Assembly (NCBI GenBank): GCA_020160975.1
Contig: JAIUPJ010000001.1
Location: 90,001 to 122,000, forward strand
Reading direction: 5' to 3'
DNA: 32,000 nucleotides
Origin: Candidatus Saccharimonadota bacterium
GTDB lineage: Bacteria > Patescibacteriota > Saccharimonadia > Saccharimonadales > Saccharimonadaceae
A program made the translations under genes and the position numbers. The notes below the pieces were generated by a model. The model saw only the letters and a list, made by a program, of their open reading frames with translations, was not told the origin of the DNA and did no database searches. Shown here piece after piece: positions 17,346-25,703 of this stretch. How positions within the stretch are numbered: position 1 is the first letter of the stretch; each line of letters opens with the position of its first letter.

Positions 17346-17901
17346 CCTCCCGGCATCCCACCTAGATAAAGCAGTGTCGAGCTGTGCCAAAACTATATCA
17401 AAATTTGTGACGGCCGTCGTAGTTTTTGATACTTGTACACAAAAGATACTAACGGTCTGGGTAGCATCATTTCACGACAATTCTCTGAAATATCTAGGCT
17501 TGACGCCGCAACGAGTGGCTGCGCTATACTGGTACATAGGTTATGGTTGTACTCCCGCGCAAGCTGGTTTCCACAACCAGGCCATTATATGCACGAGGCT
17601 CGCCCGGAGCGGGTGAACCTTCCAATCACGACCAATGGCAACATTTCCCCGTCGAGTAAGTGGGGCAGCGAAATGGCCAACGTCGTTCATACTCCACCAC
17701 TTTCAATTAACAATTAATCCAAACATATGCATTTCGAGGCAATTGGCATTTTCTCGACAAGACACAGAGCAAGACATATCACCATATGTCGATCCGAGTA
17801 TCAAGGCGAAAAGTGACAAATGACCGAACAATCATCGGTGCGACCAGCTCTGCTGGACGGCAAGATGATGGTGTAGAAGTTTGGGCATAGGAGAGTATGC
17901 T

Positions 17902-18150
17902 ATGGGTTCAAATAACATTTCAATTAATAGTCCTGTTTCTATCACTGCGATCGGTTTCGGCCGAAATATGGAAGCAATTCCAAAACGCATGGAGTGGGGC
18001 GGCCGCACGTATCAATTTATTGATCGTGGTATCAAGGTTGTCGCACGAAGAGGGGAAAGCGTGATGAGCACTGTCACCATGAGCGACGGCGAAAAAAGTT
18101 TTTGCTTGCGCCAAACTGGCGGACTGTGGACACTCCTGTCAGTTAGCTAG
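17902..18150 (+). CDS. Small hypothetical protein (82 aa)
   Basis: ATG 6 nt after AGGAGAG (17889-17895). Followed by a terminator at 18213-18241. No domain recognised. Confidence 0.5.
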   Translation: MGSNNISINSPVSITAIGFGRNMEAIPKRMEWGGRTYQFIDRGIKVVARRGESVMSTVTMSDGEKSFCLRQTGGLWTLLSVS

Positions 18151-18212
18151 AAGGATCTTGGTCTTTCTGAGCTACGCGGACAAACGGTGGCCCGTGAATC
18201 GCAGGACGAAAA

Positions 18213-18241
18213 GCCCTCTGACATCTGTCGAGGGTGTTTTT
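18213..18241 (+). terminator. Rho-independent terminator
   Basis: CCCTC-t-GAC / GTC-GAGGG stem (18214-18234) followed by TGTTTTT. Confidence 0.6.
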
Positions 18242-18245
18242 CGTG

Positions 18246-18274
18246 TTGACTAATATTTGTGTCTGTGCTATAAT
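18246..18274 (+). promoter_or_regulatory. Orphan consensus promoter
   Basis: TTGACT (18246-18251) N17 TATAAT (18269-18274) with a TGc extended -10. Confidence 0.6.
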
Positions 18275-18282
18275 TAAATGTA

Positions 18283-18558
18283 GTGTCGCAAACCGATTGC
18301 GATATTTTTGTTTCCTGCCACAAGATGGCGGGATACCGGACAGAGAGGGTAATGGTGAATTTCACAAGCAATGCAAGTAGGCAGCTACCGGCCACAATAG
18401 GGTGGAACGATGACCCCACCTACTACGCACCGAAACCCGCGCGCCAACACTCGGTGACGGATGAGATCAGAGCATTCAGCGTCGCCGGTGCCGCTGGCAC
18501 GACTCTCGATAGCGCCACCAGGCGCACCACAGTGCCTAGTGACAAGCGCAAGGAGTAG
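18283..18558 (+). other. Either a leaderless GTG-start 91-aa ORF or the 5' part of a structured non-coding RNA (unresolved)
   Basis: GTG lies 8 nt after the -10 box, matching the leaderless spacing seen elsewhere. The frame has moderately raised GC3 (about two thirds, my count). The region is also rich in hairpins, and the protein has no recognisable features. Confidence 0.3.
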
Positions 18559-18644
18559 CCTACATCCCCCGCGAGGCTCCAGATTCTCTCTGTCCTCGCA
18601 CCCAGAGTTACTAACAGATATATTGGTAGTTGTGGGTGCGATAA

Positions 18645-18672
18645 CAAAATAGCCGCTTCTCAGCGGCTATTT
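18645..18672 (-). terminator. Terminator of the LysM-CHAP gene (bidirectional hairpin)
   Basis: ATAGCCGC (18649-18656) / GCGGCTAT (18663-18670). On the minus strand it is followed by TTTTG. Confidence 0.7.
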
Positions 18673-18729
18673 AGATTGGCGATTATAGTAGCTTCTAAAA
18701 TCTGGATCCTAGAACCTGCCCATTACGTC

Positions 18730-19458
18730 TTAGTAAATAAACGATCCAAACGTCCCTGGACTGACCGTACGCTTGTTGTAGTTTCCGGCTTGATAGTTCC
18801 AGCCCATCTCCGAAACAACATAGCTGCCATCAGCGTTAACACTTTCTACATAGGCCACATGCCCGTTCGTGACCGCGACTGCACCTGCCTGTGGGGTAGA
18901 GCCAGTGGCCTTACCAGCTGCCTGTGCAGAGCCGATCCAGTTGTAACCTGCGTTGCCATAAATCGCTACGTCAGGACGGCGTGAGTGAACATAGTCAGTA
19001 CACCACATACCATTACCGACATAGTAACTACTTGAGTTGACTGGTGCAGCGGTATAACCACGCGTGGTGTACGTGGTAGCTGTCTGGGCAACCACAGGTG
19101 CAGCGGCCACGGGCTGGCTAGCCACAAATGTGCTGTATCGATCAGCTAGTTCTTCTTCCGCCGTCGGAATCGTCAATTCCATGCCTGCATCGATCATGTC
19201 CGGGTTTGCCAAATTTTCGTTCTTGTTAAAAATCCGTACCCACGACGTGCCGTTAGCGTCGGCAATGCTTGAAAGCGAATCGCCAGCTTTAACGGTTACT
19301 TTCTTTGGTTCAGCCTTCTTTTCGGCCTCAACCTTTTTCGTGTCAGTTTGTGTAGCAGCCTCAGCCGTCTTTGTGTCGACAGCATAGCTACTGTGTCCAC
19401 CAAGAAGGGTGGCAGCGAGAATAATCGTGATCGCCGTCACGGTTCTGGTTAAACGCAT
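18730..19458 (-). CDS. Secreted LysM + CHAP domain peptidoglycan hydrolase
   Basis: Signal peptide. LysM VTVKAGDSLSSIADANGTSWVRIFNKNENLANPDMIDAGMELTIP. CHAP-like WCTDYV ... GHVAYVESV ... SEMGWN. Confidence 0.85.
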   Translation of the reverse strand: MRLTRTVTAITIILAATLLGGHSSYAVDTKTAEAATQTDTKKVEAEKKAEPKKVTVKAGDSLSSIADANGTSWVRIFNKNENLANPDMIDAGMELTIPTAEEELADRYSTFVASQPVAAAPVVAQTATTYTTRGYTAAPVNSSSYYVGNGMWCTDYVHSRRPDVAIYGNAGYNWIGSAQAAGKATGSTPQAGAVAVTNGHVAYVESVNADGSYVVSEMGWNYQAGNYNKRTVSPGTFGSFIY

Positions 19459-19676
19459 TGGTTTTCCTCCCGCAACTTCTATAATGAGAAGTTACTTATT
19501 TTCCTAAACCCCCACGGATAGGTCATTATTAATGGTCAAATACTCGTGGATTTTGTGCTTCGGTTCTCCCGGTTATCATAGCGGGTTTTCAAAAAACACA
19601 TGTTTGATAATATCAAAGTCTAGTGTGCGTGTCAAGAATCTAGGCACTAGCATAATCGCACAACAGGGGTGGTAAA

Positions 19677-19705
19677 TTGACAAAATGCGCATCACTTGCT
19701 ACAAT
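19677..19705 (+). promoter_or_regulatory. Consensus promoter of rplA
   Basis: TTGACA (19677-19682) N17 TACAAT (19700-19705). A ~65-nt 5' UTR precedes AAGGAGAG and the ATG at 19774. Confidence 0.65.
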
Positions 19706-19773
19706 TATCAAGTAATAAATCTAATGTCGGGACCCGCATAAAACACGGGGTTTGTACCGCAAGGAGAGTATCT

Positions 19774-20745
19774 ATGGCAAAGAAAGCCGAATTGCTTGAA
19801 AAAGCAGCCGAACTGAAACTAGAAGTTTCAGAAAAAAATACTATCGCTGAAATTGAAGCAGCCATCGCAGGCGCCGAGAAGCACGAAGTGCGCGAGGCTA
19901 CCCCTGCAAAAGCTGGCAAGCGAAGCGAAAAAGCCCTCAAAGAAGCCGAGGAAAAGGCCGAGAAAGAAGCCCGTAAAGAAGCTGGCGATACAACTCCACA
20001 AGGCGACACAGAATCGCATGTGAAAAAAGGCCCTGCACCAAAAGTCCGCTCAAAGCTAGAGCGCCGTGGCAAAAACTACCGCAATGTAGCAGGCAAGGTT
20101 GAAGCTGATAAAGTCTACAGCCTCGCAGATGCACTCGCACTTGCGGTCGAGACGAACCCGGTAAAGTTTGATGCATCAGTCGAAGTCCATGTGCGCATGG
20201 GCGTCGATCCGCGACAGGCCGACCAGAATATCCGTGCAACCGTGAGTCTGCCTCACGGTACAGGAAAGAAGATTCGCGTTGCAGTCTTTGCTCCCGAAGC
20301 CGAAGCTGCTGCTGCCAAAAAAGCCGGCGCAGATGTTGCTGGTGACGAAGAGTTCACTAAGCAGCTCGACAAGGGCGAACTAAACTTCGACGTGCTTATC
20401 GCAACTCCTGCCTACATGCCGAAGCTCGGGAAGTACGCCCGCGTACTCGGACCAAAGGGCCTAATGCCGAATCCAAAGAGTGGTACTGTCGCGACTGATG
20501 TCGCAAAGGCAGTGACCGAAGCCAAGGCCGGCAAGGTCGAATATCGCGTCGACAAGCAGGCGACGATTCACCTCAGTATCGGCAAGGTAAGTTTTGGCAC
20601 CAAGAAGCTCGAGGACAACGCCAAGGCATTCTTTGCCAGCCTCCAGAGCCAAAAGCCATCTAGCCTCAAGGGTAGTTATGTTAAATCAACTGCCATCGCT
20701 ACAACAATGGGCCCTGGTATCAAGGTAGAAAACCAAGCAAACTAG
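19774..20745 (+). CDS. rplA: 50S ribosomal protein L1 with ~95-aa N-terminal extension
   Basis: Canonical L1 from about residue 96: [66 protein letters not shown]. Start ATG 19774 follows AAGGAGAG. Confidence 0.9.
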   Translation: MAKKAELLEKAAELKLEVSEKNTIAEIEAAIAGAEKHEVREATPAKAGKRSEKALKEAEEKAEKEARKEAGDTTPQGDTESHVKKGPAPKVRSKLERRGKNYRNVAGKVEADKVYSLADALALAVETNPVKFDASVEVHVRMGVDPRQADQNIRATVSLPHGTGKKIRVAVFAPEAEAAAAKKAGADVAGDEEFTKQLDKGELNFDVLIATPAYMPKLGKYARVLGPKGLMPNPKSGTVATDVAKAVTEAKAGKVEYRVDKQATIHLSIGKVSFGTKKLEDNAKAFFASLQSQKPSSLKGSYVKSTAIATTMGPGIKVENQAN

Positions 20746-20765
20746 TTTTTTTCGGCGATCACACA

Positions 20766-20797
20766 AAAATACCCGCTGCATTACAGTGGGTATTTTT
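20766..20797 (+). terminator. Rho-independent terminator after rplA
   Basis: ATACCCGCTG (20769-20778) / CAGTGGGTAT (20784-20793), one G-U, followed by TTTT. Confidence 0.8.
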
Positions 20798-20871
20798 AGC
20801 TCTAGCGTTATATCCGCAGCGGAGTATAATGAACAGCAACGACGAATGTTGTCGCGGCAGAGGAAACAAAC

Positions 20872-21402
20872 ATGAGCATGAGCGCAGATAAAGAATTTAT
20901 CGTTCCAGCTATCGGTAGGTCAATCGAGACCCAAACCGCTTATGTCCGCACAATGCGTGCGACGGCAGGTCTCGGTACTGCGGCTTGTATTCTCTGCGAG
21001 CGCATCAAAGAGCATAAAAAGAATGATGTTCGAGTACATATCGGCGGGCGGGCAATCGTTCTTTCCAGCCCGCACTTTCTGCTCATACCAAATGATTTTC
21101 CTTACGAATCGTACGATGGCCACAGGGTTCTTGACCACCACATGCTTGTGCCACGGGAGCACCTCAGCAACCATCAGATCTTAGCTAATACGACGCTTCG
21201 CCACGCCCGAGCTGACGTTGAGGCAGAGCTACAAGAACTAGCCTATGGCTACTATGGCACTGTCATGAATCGGACAGACACTAGCCAAGCCTCCTCAGTG
21301 AAGAACCATGCTCACTGGCATTATTTTCATCTCGGCAAGCCGATTGCCTATCAGCATTTTTCTATCGCCGATCAGCGAAACGATGTTACTTACATCGAAT
21401 AA
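20872..21402 (+). CDS. HIT superfamily (GalT/Ap4A-phosphorylase-like branch) nucleotide hydrolase/transferase
   Basis: CILCERI, NDFPYESYDGH and histidine triad NHAHWHYFH. Confidence 0.65.
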   Translation: MSMSADKEFIVPAIGRSIETQTAYVRTMRATAGLGTAACILCERIKEHKKNDVRVHIGGRAIVLSSPHFLLIPNDFPYESYDGHRVLDHHMLVPREHLSNHQILANTTLRHARADVEAELQELAYGYYGTVMNRTDTSQASSVKNHAHWHYFHLGKPIAYQHFSIADQRNDVTYIE

Positions 21403-21533
21403 CTGCCGACCTATGTAATACTCCTTCCGGCCACCTAATACAGGCCCCAAAGGAGTGCTCCTCGACACGTCACTAGGCAAGCAGATAGTTTGACTGTATT
21501 GCCGATGCATCGATAAGCCTAGGTGCGATGGTG

Positions 21534-22241
21534 CTAGTAGTCAGACTCTTGATAGACGCAGATATCTTCCGCGAACTGGATGCCGGTTGTTATCATATCG
21601 AAAGTTTTTGCTGTGGTAGGAAAGAGTTTCTGCTTCGCAAGCAACTCCCGCTGCGTCATCCATCTGCTCTCGCCGCCATACCACTGGTGCGGAGTAGGGA
21701 GGTCTACTACGTCTGCCACAAGGAGTGAAAACAGTTTGTCCTCGAGTACATCGCCACGCGTCAATGTGTCGATTACGCGGTACATACCAACAACCGAAAA
21801 ATCCGCAGCAATACCTGTCTGCTTGAAGAGCTCTTTTGAGGCCGCGACCTGTATAGGCACACCTCTCAGCACTGGTGCACTTGCGATTCCCCAGTAGTCG
21901 CGAAACGGCTCTCTCGTTCGTCGGTGAGCAAGCACATACTCCGTGTCGTCTTGAATGCAGCGCACAACCAGCAGCATCGATGCCTTTGGCTGCAGTAGTT
22001 CGCGCCCGGTCCGCTCGTCGAGACGGTTGGCAAATTCCTTGCCTTCTGCTGTCAGCTCATAGGCGCCGTCGTCTGCCTTCATCACGTACCCGATCTCCAC
22101 GAGCTTACGCAAATGGTACTTAAATATATCGCTCTCAAGACCGGTCGGTCGGCGAAGCTCACTATACCTGGCTCTGGTAGCGCGCTTTAGCGATGCAAGC
22201 ACGCTGGTTTGTGCACGATGGAACTTAATACTGCTTTTCAT
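21534..22241 (-). CDS. Winged-helix DNA-binding domain fused to a Nudix-like (catalytically degenerate) domain, putative regulator
   Basis: N-terminal YSELRRPTGLESDIFKYHLRKLVEIGYVMK (wHTH). A Nudix-box-like stretch, GIASAPVLRGVPIQVAASKELFKQTGI, lacks the REUXEE glutamates. Start placed at ATG 22241 instead of the TTG at 22262. Confidence 0.55.
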   Translation of the reverse strand: MKSSIKFHRAQTSVLASLKRATRARYSELRRPTGLESDIFKYHLRKLVEIGYVMKADDGAYELTAEGKEFANRLDERTGRELLQPKASMLLVVRCIQDDTEYVLAHRRTREPFRDYWGIASAPVLRGVPIQVAASKELFKQTGIAADFSVVGMYRVIDTLTRGDVLEDKLFSLLVADVVDLPTPHQWYGGESRWMTQRELLAKQKLFPTTAKTFDMITTGIQFAEDICVYQESDY

Positions 22242-22276
22242 ACTAATTTTAGTATATATCAAGGGTAAATTTATCC

Positions 22277-22299
22277 CTAGATTCTTTCATAAAATCTAG
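22277..22299. promoter_or_regulatory. 7-bp inverted repeat, candidate operator in divergent promoter region
   Basis: CTAGATT (22277-22283) N9 AATCTAG (22293-22299), between the regulator gene and thyA. Confidence 0.3.
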
Positions 22300-22448
22300 A
22301 TACACTACTGTTATCGTTAGTGAATATTTAGGGTAACTCCTGCCACTGACGCTCACGAAGCATGGTGGAGAAATCCATAGTGCTACATCACATCCAAGGA
22401 TGGGGCTCTCCCAGCTCCAGATACGATAGAAGAAAGAAGGTGATCGAG

Positions 22449-23261
22449 GTGAAGCAATACCTCGACCTGCTCGACCACGTTCGCACACAAGGTGTCGAGA
22501 AGGCCGACCGCACCGGTACCGGCACGCGCAGCGTGTTTGGCTACCAGATGCGATTCGACCTGCAAAAAGGCTTCCCGGTCCTGACGACCAAGAAGCTGCA
22601 CCTACGCAGCATCGTCGGCGAGCTCCTCTGGTTCCTGCGAGGCGACACTAACGTCAAGTGGCTGCAGGAGCACGGCATCACCATTTGGGACGAGTGGGCC
22701 GACGAAGACGGCAACCTCGGGCCCGTCTACGGTCATCAGTGGCGGTCATGGCCGACACCCGATGGTCGACACATCGACCAGATCACTCAGGTGATCGAGT
22801 CGATTCGAACCAACCCGGACGGTCGACGGCACATCGTCAGCGCATGGAATGTCGCAGACGTCGACAGCATGGCCCTCCCGCCGTGCCACTTCCTGTTCCA
22901 GTTCTACGTGCGACCAGCGAGCGATGGTGGCAAGCCCTATCTGGACTGTCAGCACTACCAGCGTAGTGCCGACGTCTTCCTGGGCGTTCCGTTCAACATC
23001 GCTAGCTACGCACTGCTGGTGATGATTGTTGCGCAGTTTGTCGACATGCGACCAGGCGAGTTCATCTGGGTCGGCGGAGACACACACCTGTACTTGAATC
23101 ACCTGGAGCAAGCCGAGCTACAGCTCACTCGTGAGCCCAAGCCGCTGCCGCAGATGGTCATCAAGCGCAAGCCTGGCTCCATCGACGACTACGAGATCGA
23201 CGACTTTGAGCTCATTGGCTACGAAGCCGACCAGAGCATCAAGGCACCGATCGCCGTCTGA
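22449..23261 (+). CDS. thyA: Thymidylate synthase ThyA
   Basis: Near-canonical over the full length: [10 protein letters not shown] ... DRTGTGT ... [17 protein letters not shown] ... ALPPCH ... [21 protein letters not shown] ... GDTHLY. GTG start 22449, 6 nt after AAGGTGA. The upstream 29 codons of the ORF track are not ThyA-like. Confidence 0.95.
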   Translation: MKQYLDLLDHVRTQGVEKADRTGTGTRSVFGYQMRFDLQKGFPVLTTKKLHLRSIVGELLWFLRGDTNVKWLQEHGITIWDEWADEDGNLGPVYGHQWRSWPTPDGRHIDQITQVIESIRTNPDGRRHIVSAWNVADVDSMALPPCHFLFQFYVRPASDGGKPYLDCQHYQRSADVFLGVPFNIASYALLVMIVAQFVDMRPGEFIWVGGDTHLYLNHLEQAELQLTREPKPLPQMVIKRKPGSIDDYEIDDFELIGYEADQSIKAPIAV

Positions 23262-23278
23262 ACCCCATCCAACCAAGC

Positions 23279-23313
23279 CCTCAGGGCTGGCGTGCTATGC
23301 GCCAGCCCTGAGG
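23279..23313 (+). terminator. GC-rich perfect hairpin without T-tract after thyA
   Basis: 14-bp stem CCTCAGGGCTGGCG (23279-23292) / CGCCAGCCCTGAGG (23300-23313), 7-nt loop. Confidence 0.45.
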
Positions 23314-23384
23314 CACGACTCATTCTGATACAATAGCCAATAAGTAGGCGACCTGGAATGGTCGCTTTTATAGGAGGAGAGATA

Positions 23385-24104
23385 GTGGCGGTATATAGCA
23401 ACACCGAGATACGAAAGGCAATAAAGGACGGCACAATTGTATGCGTGCCATATAACGACACGCATGTCAGCGAAGCCAGCCTCGATTTCACATTAGGACA
23501 TTATTTTTACAAACAAGAGCACGACGCCAAAAGCTCCGTTTACAATCCATTTGACGAAGAAGACGTCGAGCGATACTTCAAAGGACCACTCGAAGCCATG
23601 CCGCACCGGGAATGGTGCGACAAATACGGTTACCAACTATTTAAAAACATTCCTGAAGACCATCCCATCATCGTCTTGCAGCCAGGAGAGCGCATCCTCG
23701 CTCACACCCATGAATTTATCGGCATTCGCGCACATGGTGGCGCGTGTGAAGTGCGCTCACGAAGCACATGGGGGCGCAATGGCGTGGCAGTATGTTTCGA
23801 CGCTGGGTGGGTCGACCCAGGCTATATCAACCGCATCACCCTCGAGATATATAACCTCAATATGCACGAAGCCGTCGTACTTCCTGTCGGCGAACGCATG
23901 GGTCAGCTCGTGTTTATGACCACCGGTCCTGTCGACGGCTCATATGCCGAAGGCCGCAAAGGTATCAGCGGCAAGTACCAGGCAACCGACGACCTCGACG
24001 AGCTCATTGCCACCTGGCAGCCAAACGATATGTTGCCGCGCGCCTACAAGGACGCGCGAACTCTCCCACGGAAAATCAACGGGTTGCGGAAAGGAGTGCA
24101 GTGA
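23385..24104 (+). CDS. dcd: dCTP deaminase family protein (dUTPase superfamily) with C-terminal extension
   Basis: SNTEIRKAIKDGTI ... SLDFTLG ... LQPGERILAHTHEFIG ... SRSTWGRNG ... DPGYINRITLEIYN ... GERMGQLVF parallels E. coli Dcd. GTG 23385 lies 5 nt after AGGAGGAG. Confidence 0.8.
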   Translation: MAVYSNTEIRKAIKDGTIVCVPYNDTHVSEASLDFTLGHYFYKQEHDAKSSVYNPFDEEDVERYFKGPLEAMPHREWCDKYGYQLFKNIPEDHPIIVLQPGERILAHTHEFIGIRAHGGACEVRSRSTWGRNGVAVCFDAGWVDPGYINRITLEIYNLNMHEAVVLPVGERMGQLVFMTTGPVDGSYAEGRKGISGKYQATDDLDELIATWQPNDMLPRAYKDARTLPRKINGLRKGVQ

Positions 24105-24817
24105 TGGCAGGCGAGGTACTTGCAGGTAGAGAAGGTGATGAAAAAAGAGGCCCTAGATCGACCATCGAGCGTCCATACTCTGGCTATTACGCACGAGTGA
24201 ATGGTGGCGATGGCGTGGGCAAAACCACACTCATCAAACGAGCAGAAGCATATGCACAGGCCCACGATCTACCCCTGATAACCGTACGCGAGCCAGGTGG
24301 CACACCGACCGGCAACTCCATCCGAGACATACTACTCCATGACAGGTCTGTTCACCTATCACCGGAAGCTGAAGTTGCGCTTTTTTCGGCAGACCGACGC
24401 ATAACCTGCGACACTGTGAGCTTGCCGTGGCTTCAACAAAACGGCATCGTCCTTGGCGATCGAGGGTTTGAAGCCAATGTCGCCTACCAGGGAGCTGGCG
24501 GGGAGATCGATATCGAAAAAGTGATCGCAGTCAGTGAAGCTATTATGCCCCGTTGGTACATTTACCCGGATGCAATGATAAATCTGTATATCAGCGAAGA
24601 AGAACGTATACGGCGACTCTACTCATCACTTGCTGCCACCGGCGAAAAGGCCGACAAGATCGAACAAAGGGCTGCTGAATATCATGCTCGAGTCGCAAAG
24701 ATCCAGCACTATATTGCAGAACGTTTTGGCGGCATCATGATTAATGCCGAGTGCTCGCCAGATGAAGTGTTTGAGCAAGCAAAGCCCTACCTTTTCGGGC
24801 CGTTTCTTGCCGCCTAG
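24104..24817 (+). CDS. tmk: Thymidylate kinase (with ~35-aa N-terminal extension)
   Basis: GGDGVGKTT P-loop and VREPGGTPTGNSIRDILL. ATG lies 7 nt after AAGGAG and overlaps the dcd TGA (GTGATG). Confidence 0.85.
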   Translation: MAGEVLAGREGDEKRGPRSTIERPYSGYYARVNGGDGVGKTTLIKRAEAYAQAHDLPLITVREPGGTPTGNSIRDILLHDRSVHLSPEAEVALFSADRRITCDTVSLPWLQQNGIVLGDRGFEANVAYQGAGGEIDIEKVIAVSEAIMPRWYIYPDAMINLYISEEERIRRLYSSLAATGEKADKIEQRAAEYHARVAKIQHYIAERFGGIMINAECSPDEVFEQAKPYLFGPFLAA

Positions 24818-24836
24818 CTCCTGAGTCGTCTACGCC

Positions 24837-25667
24837 TTATCTTTCTGACGAGCGCTCATCTTCGCCCGGAGCTTGCCTCGACAAATACAATGATTCGACA
24901 ATCGGATGTACCTGAACGCCGTTATATCGAATCGCTTGGTCTACTTCAGCCCGCAGATCATGAATTGTGCCTCTCGAGTCTTGATCGGCAGGCAACGTCC
25001 CAAGCACAGCCAGCAAATTTGCCGTGTGGCGGTCGTCAACCTCATCGAGTGCTATCACGCCGGCCTGCCGTGATTTCAGTGTCACGACATCGCTCCTCGC
25101 TTCGTCTGCTAATGTACCGATCGATGCCTTGGCCGATACAACCGCGAACCTCCCCATGGGGTGGGCAATCACTCTCGTCACCTTTGGCACGTGAAATTCA
25201 ATGTCTTGCTCGACGCTGAGATAATTGCGCGCACTAAACAGCCGCAAGGCAGACATTGCAAATCCTAGATCGCGAAATCCATATCCGTCCAGGGTAAATC
25301 TTGCAAATACTTCATATGCACGCATATATTTGTTTTGCGTAAACAATGCCGAGCGCTCCACTGCAGACATCTCACCCAGTTCTTTTTGGGAAACTTGAGC
25401 ATATTGTACTGTCTCGGCTTGCGAAAGCCGCCCTAAGTCTGTCTCGGTAAATGTCTGACTGGACTCATAAATACGACGATGCAAATTAGTACTAATAACA
25501 CCCTGCACAATATCCGGGGGGATATCAACACTCGTACGTCTCATCGCCTCAGCAATATCATCAGCATGCTCTCTGCTCATTTCTCGAGGACTCCTATTGC
25601 GTGCGAATGGCACAGTGGGCAGAGAGACGTCAGGCGCTTCAAGCGCTCGTCTATACGGTGAATTCAT
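24837..25667 (-). CDS. Hypothetical protein (276 aa)
   Basis: Long ORF. ATG lies 7 nt after a TTGCAA-N17-TATAAT promoter. No domain recognised. Confidence 0.6.
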   Translation of the reverse strand: MNSPYRRALEAPDVSLPTVPFARNRSPREMSREHADDIAEAMRRTSVDIPPDIVQGVISTNLHRRIYESSQTFTETDLGRLSQAETVQYAQVSQKELGEMSAVERSALFTQNKYMRAYEVFARFTLDGYGFRDLGFAMSALRLFSARNYLSVEQDIEFHVPKVTRVIAHPMGRFAVVSAKASIGTLADEARSDVVTLKSRQAGVIALDEVDDRHTANLLAVLGTLPADQDSRGTIHDLRAEVDQAIRYNGVQVHPIVESLYLSRQAPGEDERSSER

Positions 25668-25674
25668 CTATATT

Positions 25675-25703
25675 ATTATAGCACAAGTTGCATGAATTTG
25701 CAA
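25675..25703 (-). promoter_or_regulatory. Promoter of leaderless orphan gene
   Basis: Minus strand TTGCAA (25698-25703) N17 TATAAT (25675-25680) with TGc. Confidence 0.6.

Noticed and set aside
17680-17700. TCCACCA string suggestive of a tRNA/tmRNA 3' end
   Set aside because: No T-arm (GGTTCGAnTCC-like) or acceptor-stem complement lies nearby. I found no tRNA or tmRNA anywhere in the window.
18330-18400. Cobalamin-riboswitch-like strings (AGGGTAATGGTGAATTTCAC and AGGCAGCTACCGGCC)
   Set aside because: The resemblance is partial. The CCCGC/ACTGT core elements are not in place, and no downstream plus-strand gene exists for a riboswitch to control.
22362-22448. 29-codon extension upstream of ThyA
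   Set aside because: ThyA homology begins exactly at the GTG-encoded KQYLDLL. An AAGGTGA SD sits just before it.
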